This document shows positions 56,467-64,000 of a DNA stretch of 64,000 nt, in pieces. The translations under genes and the position numbers were made by a program. Position 1 is the stretch's first letter. Every line of letters begins with the position of its first letter. The DNA is from Geopsychrobacteraceae bacterium (GTDB lineage Bacteria; Desulfobacterota; Desulfuromonadia; Desulfuromonadales; Geopsychrobacteraceae). Where the stretch lies: positions 832,001 through 896,000 of the forward strand of contig CAXXTB010000001.1 in the NCBI GenBank assembly GCA_963676795.2. Reading direction: 5' to 3'. The notes below the pieces were generated by a model. That model was not told the DNA's origin. It worked only from the letters and a program-made list of their open reading frames with translations, and did not search any database.

Positions 56467-57096
56467 TCAGGGCTCTTTGGCCTTGGTCAGTGCGGCACTG
56501 GCCTGGGCGCTGATCTCTTTCCAGCTGCCGTTGCTGATCTGGTCCTTGGTGGCGAGCCAGGAGCCACCGATGTTGGAGACGATCGGCAGGGCCAGATACT
56601 CATTCATATTTGCAAGGCTGACACCGCCTGTCGGGCAGAAATGAATGCCACGGCTGGCATATGGTCCGGCCAGTGCCTTGAGGAACTTGACTCCGCCGGC
56701 CGCTTCGGCCGGGAAGAATTTCTGCAGCTGGCAACCGAGAGCCAGCCCCTGTTCGACTTCCGACGGGGTCATGACGCCGGGGATGAAGAGCAGGTTGCGT
56801 TCCTTGAAGAAGTTGACGATGTCTGGGTTCAGGCCCGGTGCCAGGCCGAAGCTGATCCCGGCGTCGATCGCCTGACGCGACTGCTCCGGGGTCAGCAGAG
56901 TACCGGCGCCGACCAGCATTTTGGGGAACGCTTTACGGATATTCTCGATCGCTTTTCCGGCTGCGGCGGTGCGAAAAGTGATTTCGATGATGTCGATGCC
57001 GCCTTCCAGCAGGGCTTCGGCGAGAGGGACTGCGGAAGCCGCGTCATCGATGACGATAACCGGGATGACCGGCCGCTGTTTCAACTGTTCTATCAT
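56467..57096 (-). CDS. eda: 2-keto-3-deoxy-6-phosphogluconate aldolase
   Basis: IEITFRT, VGAGT, PGVMTPSE, KFFPAE, FCPTGGV. Confidence 0.94.
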   Translation of the reverse strand: MIEQLKQRPVIPVIVIDDAASAVPLAEALLEGGIDIIEITFRTAAAGKAIENIRKAFPKMLVGAGTLLTPEQSRQAIDAGISFGLAPGLNPDIVNFFKERNLLFIPGVMTPSEVEQGLALGCQLQKFFPAEAAGGVKFLKALAGPYASRGIHFCPTGGVSLANMNEYLALPIVSNIGGSWLATKDQISNGSWKEISAQASAALTKAKEP

Positions 57097-57121
57097 GCTA
57101 TGCTCCTTTATTTCGCGGCTG

Positions 57122-58222
57122 TTATCGGTCGACCCGGGCACCGCCGCCGCCGACCAGTTTCTGGACTTCGCTCAATGAGGCCATGGTGGTATCGCCGGGA
57201 GTGGTCATCGCCAGGGCGCCGTGCGCTGCACCGTACTCAACGGCAAGCTGTGGGCTGTCGAGTTCCATCAGGCCGTAGATAAAGCCGGAGGCAAAGCTGT
57301 CACCGCCGCCGACGCGGTCCATGATTTCCAGCTCGGGACGGTGGGTCGAGGTATAGAACTGGCCATTGACCCAGCACATGGCACCCCAGTCGTTGATGGT
57401 TGCAGTCTTGACGCCGCGCATGGTGGTCGCTGTCGCTTTGAAGTTGGAAAATTCTGCAACGGCTTTGGTGATCATCTTCTGGAAGGAGCTGACGTCGAGG
57501 TCGGTCAGGTTGTGGTCGACCCCTTCGATTTCAAAGCCGAGACAGGCGGTGAAGTCCTCTTCGTTGCCGATCATGACATCGACATATTTGGCGATTTCAC
57601 GGTTGATCTCGCGGCACTTCTCCAGCCCGCCGAACCCTTTCCACAGAGATGGTCGGTAGTTCAGGTCATAGGAGACGTAGGTGCCGTGTTTCTTGGCGAT
57701 CTTGGCAGCTTCGATGACGACATCCCCGGTGGTTTCGGACAGCGCGGCGAAGATCCCGCCGGTGTGGAACCAGCGTACGCCCAGAGTGCCGAAGATGTAT
57801 TCCCAGTCAATATCCCCTTTTTTCAGCTGCGAAGCAGCGGTGTTGCCACGGTCGGAGCAGCCGACGGCGCCGCGGATGCCGAAGCCGCGCTCGGTAAAGT
57901 TGATACCGTTTCGCACTGTGCGGCCGATGCCATCGTAATCAACCCATTTGATCAGGCTGGTGTCGACTCCGCCCTGGAGGATGAAGTCTTCCATCAGCAG
58001 GCCGACTTCGTTCTTGGCGAATGCGGTGACAACGGCTGCTCGTTTGCCGAAACAGCGGCGCAGGCCACGAGCGACATTGTATTCGCCGCCGCCTTCCCAG
58101 GCCCGGAAGTTACGGGTGGTGCGGATGCGACCTTCACCCGGGTCGAGGCGAAGCATGACTTCCCCGAGGGAGAGTATATCGAAGTGGCACTGGTCGGCTG
58201 GTCTGGTTTGAAAAACGCTCAT
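57122..58222 (-). CDS. kdgK: 2-keto-3-deoxygluconate kinase (PfkB family)
   Basis: GEVMLRL, SYDLNYRPSLW, GNEEDF, DRVGGGDSFASG. Confidence 0.88.
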   Translation of the reverse strand: MSVFQTRPADQCHFDILSLGEVMLRLDPGEGRIRTTRNFRAWEGGGEYNVARGLRRCFGKRAAVVTAFAKNEVGLLMEDFILQGGVDTSLIKWVDYDGIGRTVRNGINFTERGFGIRGAVGCSDRGNTAASQLKKGDIDWEYIFGTLGVRWFHTGGIFAALSETTGDVVIEAAKIAKKHGTYVSYDLNYRPSLWKGFGGLEKCREINREIAKYVDVMIGNEEDFTACLGFEIEGVDHNLTDLDVSSFQKMITKAVAEFSNFKATATTMRGVKTATINDWGAMCWVNGQFYTSTHRPELEIMDRVGGGDSFASGFIYGLMELDSPQLAVEYGAAHGALAMTTPGDTTMASLSEVQKLVGGGGARVDR

Positions 58223-58266
58223 TTTTTATTCTCCTGCAGCTCTCTTTGCTAAGGGTGAGGAAAAGG

Positions 58267-59769
58267 TTAAAGGGTCACACCTGTCTTGAAGATGGCGATC
58301 TCACGGTTGTTGCGAACTTCGGCCGAGGTCGGCTTGCCGTTGATGACTGCAGTGATCGTGGTCAGGAAATCAGCAAGAACATCGTCCGGGTTGTTCTCCG
58401 GATTGGCCAGTGCGCCGGCATCGAAGTCGATCCAGTTGGCTTTCTTCTGGGCCAGGGCGCTGTTGGTCGCTACCTTGAGGGTCGGGATAAAGCCACCCAG
58501 GGGGGTGCCGCGTCCGGTCGAGAAGAGGACCAGGTGGCAACCGGCGGCACCGAGCGAGGTGGTTGCGACAATGTCGTTTCCCGGCGCGTTGAGCAGGTTG
58601 AGCCCCTTATGCTTGACCCGCTGATCGATGTCGATAACATCGATGACCGGAGATTTTCCAGCCTTGCGGGTGCAGCCGAGGGATTTGTCCTCAAGGGTTG
58701 TGATGCCGCCCGCCTTGTTGCCGGGGGAAGGATTCTCGTAGATCGGTTGATCGTGGGCGATGTAGTAGTCCTTGAAATTGTTGATCATCGCCACGGTTTT
58801 GTCGAACACTTCACGGCTCGCGCATTGCTCCATGAGGATATGCTCGGCGCCGAACATCTCTGGCACCTCGGTCAGGACCGTGGTTCCTCCCTGGCCGATG
58901 ACATAGTCGGAGACGCGGCCGATCAGCGGGTTGGCTGTGATCCCGGAGAAGGCGTCGGAGCCGCCGCATTCGAGACCGATGATGATGTCGCTCCAGTCGG
59001 CCGCTTCACGCCTGTCCTGGGCAGCGATGGTGTAGAGCTGCTCGAGCAGTTCGAGGCCGGCGTCGATCTCATCGGCGACATCCTGGGCCGCCAGGAAGCG
59101 GATCCGCTGCGGGTCAATCTCTTCCGGCATACTCTCCTTGAAGGCGCTGATCTGGTTGTTCTCACAGCCCAGGCCGAGGATCAGCACGGCCCCGGCATTC
59201 GGATGCAGGGCGATGTTCTGCAGGGTCTTCCTGGTCCGTTCATGATCGCCGCCCAGCTGGGAACAGCCATAGGGGTGGGGAAAGGTATAGATTCCGTCGA
59301 CACCGCTGCGATCGCCAAGGGCAGTGAACTCCTTGATCAGGTTGTCGGCGACACCGTTGACACAGCCGACCGTCGGGATGACCCAGATTTCGTTGCGGAT
59401 GCCGACCTTGCCGTTGGCGCGGCGATAGACCTGCAGTGGTTGCGGATTTTGCCAGACAAAGGACTCCGGCTCGCTTGAAACCGGCCGGTACTGGTAATCC
59501 TGTTTGTCCGAGAGGCCCGTTTTGACGTTGTGGGTATGCACCAGTGCGCCCTTGGCAATGTCCTGGCGGGCATTGCCGATCGAGGCGCCGTACTTGATGA
59601 CCGGGATTCCCGCAGCGATATCCTGGAGAGCCAGCTTGTGGCCGATCGGGATCTCCTCGCTCACCTCAAGCTGTTCGCCATCGGGCAGTTCAATGCAGGT
59701 GCCGGCCGGCAGAGCAATGAAGGTGACGGCAACATTGTCGGCCGCGTCGATTCGGGTGACTTTGATCAT
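58267..59769 (-). CDS. uxaA: Altronate dehydratase
   Basis: SAF domain GHK..VIKYG..HTHN; HPYGCSQLGGD, GLGCENN, CGGSD, ENPSPGNKAGG. Confidence 0.94.
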   Translation of the reverse strand: MIKVTRIDAADNVAVTFIALPAGTCIELPDGEQLEVSEEIPIGHKLALQDIAAGIPVIKYGASIGNARQDIAKGALVHTHNVKTGLSDKQDYQYRPVSSEPESFVWQNPQPLQVYRRANGKVGIRNEIWVIPTVGCVNGVADNLIKEFTALGDRSGVDGIYTFPHPYGCSQLGGDHERTRKTLQNIALHPNAGAVLILGLGCENNQISAFKESMPEEIDPQRIRFLAAQDVADEIDAGLELLEQLYTIAAQDRREAADWSDIIIGLECGGSDAFSGITANPLIGRVSDYVIGQGGTTVLTEVPEMFGAEHILMEQCASREVFDKTVAMINNFKDYYIAHDQPIYENPSPGNKAGGITTLEDKSLGCTRKAGKSPVIDVIDIDQRVKHKGLNLLNAPGNDIVATTSLGAAGCHLVLFSTGRGTPLGGFIPTLKVATNSALAQKKANWIDFDAGALANPENNPDDVLADFLTTITAVINGKPTSAEVRNNREIAIFKTGVTL

Positions 59770-61229
59770 CAGAGCACCTCCTTCAAGGTCTCCCGCATCC
59801 CTTTACCGGTGATATTGACGATCTGACGGGCGACCTCGTGCTGCAGTCCGCTGACGGCAAGCAGTGAGGCTCCCCAGTGGTCGTCGATGCTTAGGACCCG
59901 GCGGCTGATTTCGGCGGCTGTTGCAGAATCAACAGGGCCCATCCCGGCCTTGCCCCAGAGTTCGGCGAAGAGGTCGAGGAAGGGCTGATCGTCCTTGAGC
60001 GGGTAGCTCTGGCCGTTCAGTTCACCGCGGTAGAAGCAGATCAGCGCAGCCAGTGCCAGGCTTAAGAGCGGCGGCGCTGCACCTTTGTCCTGAGCAGACT
60101 TCAGAAGTTGCGGTAGGAGCCGGGTTTTGAACTTGGTCATTGAGTTGAGACTGATATCGAGCAGCTTGTGCTTGATAAAGGGGTTCTTGAAACGACCGAT
60201 GACGCTGTCGGCGAATGATTTTAGCTCCTCAACCGGCAACGGCAGGCTGGGGATGATCTCTTCTACCAGCAGGCGATTGAGATAGGTTTCGAGCTGCGGG
60301 TCACTGGTTGCATCCTTGACGAAAGCGATGTCGCAGAGATGGGCGATCGGGGTCATCGCCGTATGGCAGCCGTTGAGAATGCCGACCTTGCGCTGTTTGT
60401 AGGGCATCAGGTCGTCGACGATCTCGATATTGAGACCGCTCCCTTTAAGCTTGAGCTCTTCGCCGACCCAGGCCGGGGCCTGGATGATGAACAGATGAAA
60501 GAACTCGCCGGTGACCATAAAGTTGTCGTGGTAACCGAGCTCCTGTTCCAGTTGTGCAACTTCGTCGCGTGGATAGCCGGTGACGATCCGGTCAACCAGG
60601 GTCGAACAGAAGGTATTGGCTTTAAGTACCCAGGTTTTGAAGGCGTCGGACATCCCCCAGTGGGCAATATATTTGAGGATGATCTCTCTGAGTTTCTCGC
60701 CATTGTAATCGATCAGTTCGCAGGGGAGCAGGATAAGTCCCTTGTCGCTGCTGCCATCGAACGCCTTGAAGCGTTCAAAGAGGAAACGGGTCAGTTTGGC
60801 CGGGTAGGATGCCGGTGGGGCATCCTCAAAGCGATCCTGATCGTTGTAGGCGATGCCGGCTTCAGTGGTGTTGGAGACGATGAAGCGCAGCTCCGGGTTG
60901 TGCGCGACCTGCAGGAAGGCATCAAATTCACGGTAAACCGAGATCTCACGGCAAACGCTGGAGATGACCCGTTTTTCGTTGCGCAGCTGGTTATCTTCGT
61001 CATAGCCGCGCAGCAGGGTGGTGTAGAGTCCGTCCTGGGTGTTCAGCGACGGTGGCTGGTCGGTGTCGATCGGGCGGACGATGACAACGCCGGCATTCAG
61101 ACCGTTCTTTTCGTTGAGGATATCGATCTGCCAGTCAATGAAGCAGCGCAGGAAGTTGCCCTCGCCGAATTGCAGCACGCGCTCGGGATATTGGCTCAGG
61201 CTTGTATTTTGACGATTCAGTTGATGCAT
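59769..61229 (-). CDS. uxaB: Tagaturonate reductase (altronate oxidoreductase)
   Basis: QFGEGNFLR, SNTTEAGI, PCELIDYNG, TLVDRIVTGYP, RFKNPFI. Confidence 0.94.
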   Translation of the reverse strand: MHQLNRQNTSLSQYPERVLQFGEGNFLRCFIDWQIDILNEKNGLNAGVVIVRPIDTDQPPSLNTQDGLYTTLLRGYDEDNQLRNEKRVISSVCREISVYREFDAFLQVAHNPELRFIVSNTTEAGIAYNDQDRFEDAPPASYPAKLTRFLFERFKAFDGSSDKGLILLPCELIDYNGEKLREIILKYIAHWGMSDAFKTWVLKANTFCSTLVDRIVTGYPRDEVAQLEQELGYHDNFMVTGEFFHLFIIQAPAWVGEELKLKGSGLNIEIVDDLMPYKQRKVGILNGCHTAMTPIAHLCDIAFVKDATSDPQLETYLNRLLVEEIIPSLPLPVEELKSFADSVIGRFKNPFIKHKLLDISLNSMTKFKTRLLPQLLKSAQDKGAAPPLLSLALAALICFYRGELNGQSYPLKDDQPFLDLFAELWGKAGMGPVDSATAAEISRRVLSIDDHWGASLLAVSGLQHEVARQIVNITGKGMRETLKEVL

Positions 61230-61256
61230 ATTGTTATCACTTTCTCGCTCTTGTCA

Positions 61257-62282
61257 TCAATCAAAGGAGACCAGAATCTTGGTAATCGCAGCTGGATTGT
61301 CACTCCAGCTTTGAAGCGCAGCACCGGCTTCAGCCAGCGGAACGTCCTTGCTGATCAGGCGCTCGATCGGCAGGTCGATCTTTTTCATCAGTTCGAGAAC
61401 GTCGACGAAGTCCTGTTTCAGTGCGTTACGTGAGCCGCGGATCTGCAGTTCCTTCATGACGAACTTTTTGGTTTCGTAGGCGACCGCATCCTTGACATAG
61501 CCGACATAGACGACACGGCCGCAGAAAGCGACGAGATCGATCGCGGCAACAAAGGTCTGCTGCAGGCCGATCGCTTCGATAACGCTGGTCGGGCCATGAC
61601 CGTCGGTCAGCTTGAGGACTTCCTCTTCGAGATTCCGGGTGCGCGAGTTGATGCAGTGGCTGGCGCCGAATTTGCGGGCCAGATCAAGCTTGCTGTCATC
61701 AATATCGACGGCGATAACCGTTGCACCGTCATCATTCCCTTTGGCGATGGCGCCCAGACCGACCATGCCGCAGCCGAAGACCAGCATGGTTTCTCCCGCC
61801 TTGCCTTCGGCGCGACTGGCTGCATGGCAGCCGACAGCCAACGGTTCGACAATAGCGATCTGGCTGTAGCTGAGCTGGTTGAGGTTGGCGACGATCTTGT
61901 CCGGGGTGGTGGCGATATAGGAGGTCATGCCCCCTTCCTGCTGAACTCCGAGGGTCTGGTTATATTTACAGGCGTTCGGCCGGCCGGACAGGCAGGACCA
62001 GCATTTGCCACAGGTGGTGTAGGGCAGGACCAGAACCTTGTCGCCAACCTGAAACTCGGCCGCTACGGCAGCGCCGATTTCTGCGACCTCCGCGGCAATC
62101 TCATGGCCGGGGATACGTGGATAGCTGACCATCGGGTTGAGGCCGCGGAAGGTGTTGAGGTCACTACCACAGAAGCCGACTTTTTTGACCCTGAGCAGGA
62201 CCTGATCCGCTTGGATCGTCGGTTTTTCCACATCGTTTTTAATGGCGCTTGCGCCCGCTTCGGTGATGACAAATGCTTCCAT
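61257..62282 (-). CDS. Zn-dependent dehydrogenase, LgoD/YjjN (L-galactonate dehydrogenase)-like
   Basis: CGSD, YPRIPGHE, CGKCWSC..RPNAC, GSRNA; directly upstream of uxaB. Confidence 0.75.
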   Translation of the reverse strand: MEAFVITEAGASAIKNDVEKPTIQADQVLLRVKKVGFCGSDLNTFRGLNPMVSYPRIPGHEIAAEVAEIGAAVAAEFQVGDKVLVLPYTTCGKCWSCLSGRPNACKYNQTLGVQQEGGMTSYIATTPDKIVANLNQLSYSQIAIVEPLAVGCHAASRAEGKAGETMLVFGCGMVGLGAIAKGNDDGATVIAVDIDDSKLDLARKFGASHCINSRTRNLEEEVLKLTDGHGPTSVIEAIGLQQTFVAAIDLVAFCGRVVYVGYVKDAVAYETKKFVMKELQIRGSRNALKQDFVDVLELMKKIDLPIERLISKDVPLAEAGAALQSWSDNPAAITKILVSFD

Positions 62283-62389
62283 CGCGTAATTCCTTTATCT
62301 GTTGAGCCGGCTATGGGTGGACCGGCTGCTTGCTGAACATACTCTATAAGCTCAGAGTCACTGGCTTTTGTCGTTCTGTCTTCCGTGCA

Positions 62390-63679
62390 TCAGGTGCCGA
62401 ACACCAGGTTAGGCAGGAACAGACTGATCTGGGGAATAAAGGTCACCAGGATCAATGCTGCGATCAGCACCAGCCAGAAGGGCATGACCTCGCGGATGAA
62501 TTCCTTGATCGGTACGTTGATAATCGTACAGGTGGTGAACATGACCGTCCCCAGCGGCGGTGTCAGGGTTCCTATGGCGCAATTGAGGATGAAGATGATG
62601 CCGAAGTGAACCAGGTCGACCTCCATGACCTGCGCCGCGCCGACCAACAGCGGCGAGATGACGATCAGGATGGCGTTCCCTTCGATGAACATACCGAGAA
62701 TGATCAGCACGAGGTTGACGACGATCAGGAACAGGACCTTGCTCGAGAAATTGTCAGAAATGAAGGCGGCGATGTTCTGGGGCAGCTGCTCCCAGGTCAG
62801 AAATTTGGAAAACCCGTAGGAGACGGCGATGATGATCAGCACGTTGGCCGAGGCCAGCACCGATTCGACCAGGCCCATACGGAATTTCCTGAAATTGAGT
62901 TCGCGGTAGACGAAGAAGCCGATAACCAGGGAGAAGAGTACCGCGATCGCACCGGCTTCGGTCGGAGTGAAGACGCCGAAGCGGATCCCGCCGATGATGA
63001 TGACCGGCAGGGTGAAGGCGATGGCGGCCGCTTTGATACCGACCATGATTTCCCTGGCGCTCGCCCTTTTCTGGCGCTCCGGCTTGTAACCGCGCTTGAC
63101 GGAGATGCGGTTGACCAGCACCATCATCATCAGGCAGAGCATGATCCCGGGCAGAACGCCGGCCATGAACAGTCGGCCGATTGAGACGTTGTTGATATAG
63201 CCGAACAGGATCAGGGCGATCCCCGGCGGGATGATCGGTGTGATCAGCGATGATGCCGCCGTGACCGATGCCGAAAATGCTTTTGAGTAGCCCTTCTGCA
63301 GCATGAAGGGGACGATCAGCTTCGAGTTCATCGCCGCATCGGCAATATTGGAGCCGGACAGGCCGCCCATCAGGGTGCTGAGTACGATATTGACCTGAGC
63401 CAGACCGCCGCGCATGTGGCCGGTGAGAATTTCGCTGAAGGCCAGCAGGCGCCGGCTGATGCCGGAATGGTTCATGTAAATCCCGGCCATTATGAAGAAA
63501 GGGATGGCCAGCAGGGCGTATGAACTCAGGCCTTCGCCGATTCGCTGCACGGCGATCATCAGCGGCAGATAGGAGAAGAACAGGAAGTAGCACAGGGTGC
63601 TGGCAAAGATTGCGAAGGCGACCGGAAACTCCAGCAGCAGCAGGGCAAACATGACGACTATGGGGATAGTGACACTCAT
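62390..63679 (-). CDS. TRAP transporter large permease (DctM)
   Basis: LAIPFFIMAG, SGSNIADAA, IIPPGI, FTPTEAG, LTPPLG. Confidence 0.93.
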   Translation of the reverse strand: MSVTIPIVVMFALLLLEFPVAFAIFASTLCYFLFFSYLPLMIAVQRIGEGLSSYALLAIPFFIMAGIYMNHSGISRRLLAFSEILTGHMRGGLAQVNIVLSTLMGGLSGSNIADAAMNSKLIVPFMLQKGYSKAFSASVTAASSLITPIIPPGIALILFGYINNVSIGRLFMAGVLPGIMLCLMMMVLVNRISVKRGYKPERQKRASAREIMVGIKAAAIAFTLPVIIIGGIRFGVFTPTEAGAIAVLFSLVIGFFVYRELNFRKFRMGLVESVLASANVLIIIAVSYGFSKFLTWEQLPQNIAAFISDNFSSKVLFLIVVNLVLIILGMFIEGNAILIVISPLLVGAAQVMEVDLVHFGIIFILNCAIGTLTPPLGTVMFTTCTIINVPIKEFIREVMPFWLVLIAALILVTFIPQISLFLPNLVFGT

Positions 63680-64000
63680 AGCGTGGTATCCATTTCTTCA
63701 AAGTACTGCGGGCCGATGACGGCGTGACGTAATACGTGATACAGGGTGAACAGCGAGCCGACCGGGATGGCCAGGTAGATGTAGCTGTATGGGATTCTCA
63801 GAATCGAGGTGTAGCGGTCGAAGGAGAACAGGGTCAGTTGCGTTCCCAGCCAGATCAGAACGATCAGGCAGGCTGCCAGCAGGATCGTCGACAGGATGCG
63901 CTTGATGACAAACGACACGCCTTTCGGCATGTAGTGAAGCAGGAATTCGATGCAGACGATTTCACCACGGCGGGCCAGAATGCTGGTCCCGAAGAAGGTC
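63676..64000 (-). CDS. TRAP transporter small permease (DctQ), 5' end outside the window
   Basis: TM segments, LRIPYSYIYLAIPVG; overlaps the dctM start. Confidence 0.8.
   Translation of the reverse strand, partial: TFFGTSILARRGEIVCIEFLLHYMPKGVSFVIKRILSTILLAACLIVLIWLGTQLTLFSFDRYTSILRIPYSYIYLAIPVGSLFTLYHVLRHAVIGPQYFEEMDTTL

Overview
Bacterial chromosomal window, probably from a Desulfuromonadales-type deltaproteobacterium. This is inferred from the c7-type triheme cytochrome, the sigma54 glnK-amtB operon and the gatCAB-mtnA-glnE gene order. Contents from left to right: mrp, gatCAB, mtnA, glnE, a REC/J-domain/TPR protein, ttcA, a lytic transglycosylase, a two-gene radical SAM cassette (EpeE/YydG-like enzyme plus a large putative precursor), a decayed Cthe_2159-type lipoprotein gene, a TetR-controlled RND efflux operon, glnK-amtB, a PAS-GGDEF-EAL protein, an orphan TRAP transporter and several housekeeping genes. 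Next comes a complete type I-C CRISPR-Cas locus (cas3, cas5, cas8c, cas7, an inserted four-helix-bundle gene, cas4, cas1, cas2 and a 28-repeat array). The rest holds transporters, FMN riboswitch-ribB, structured intergenic repeats, an Orn/Lys/Arg decarboxylase and an L-galactonate/tagaturonate catabolic operon. The most striking signal is a cryptic mini-CRISPR unit between cas3 and cas5. Its spacer matches a TTC-PAM-flanked site next to its own promoter, with mismatches only at positions 6 and 12 of the first 15 nt, which points to RNA-guided autorepression of the type I-C Cascade operon. The second is the candidate radical SAM epimerase RiPP or protein-modification cassette. All calls come from reading motifs by eye; no database searches were run.
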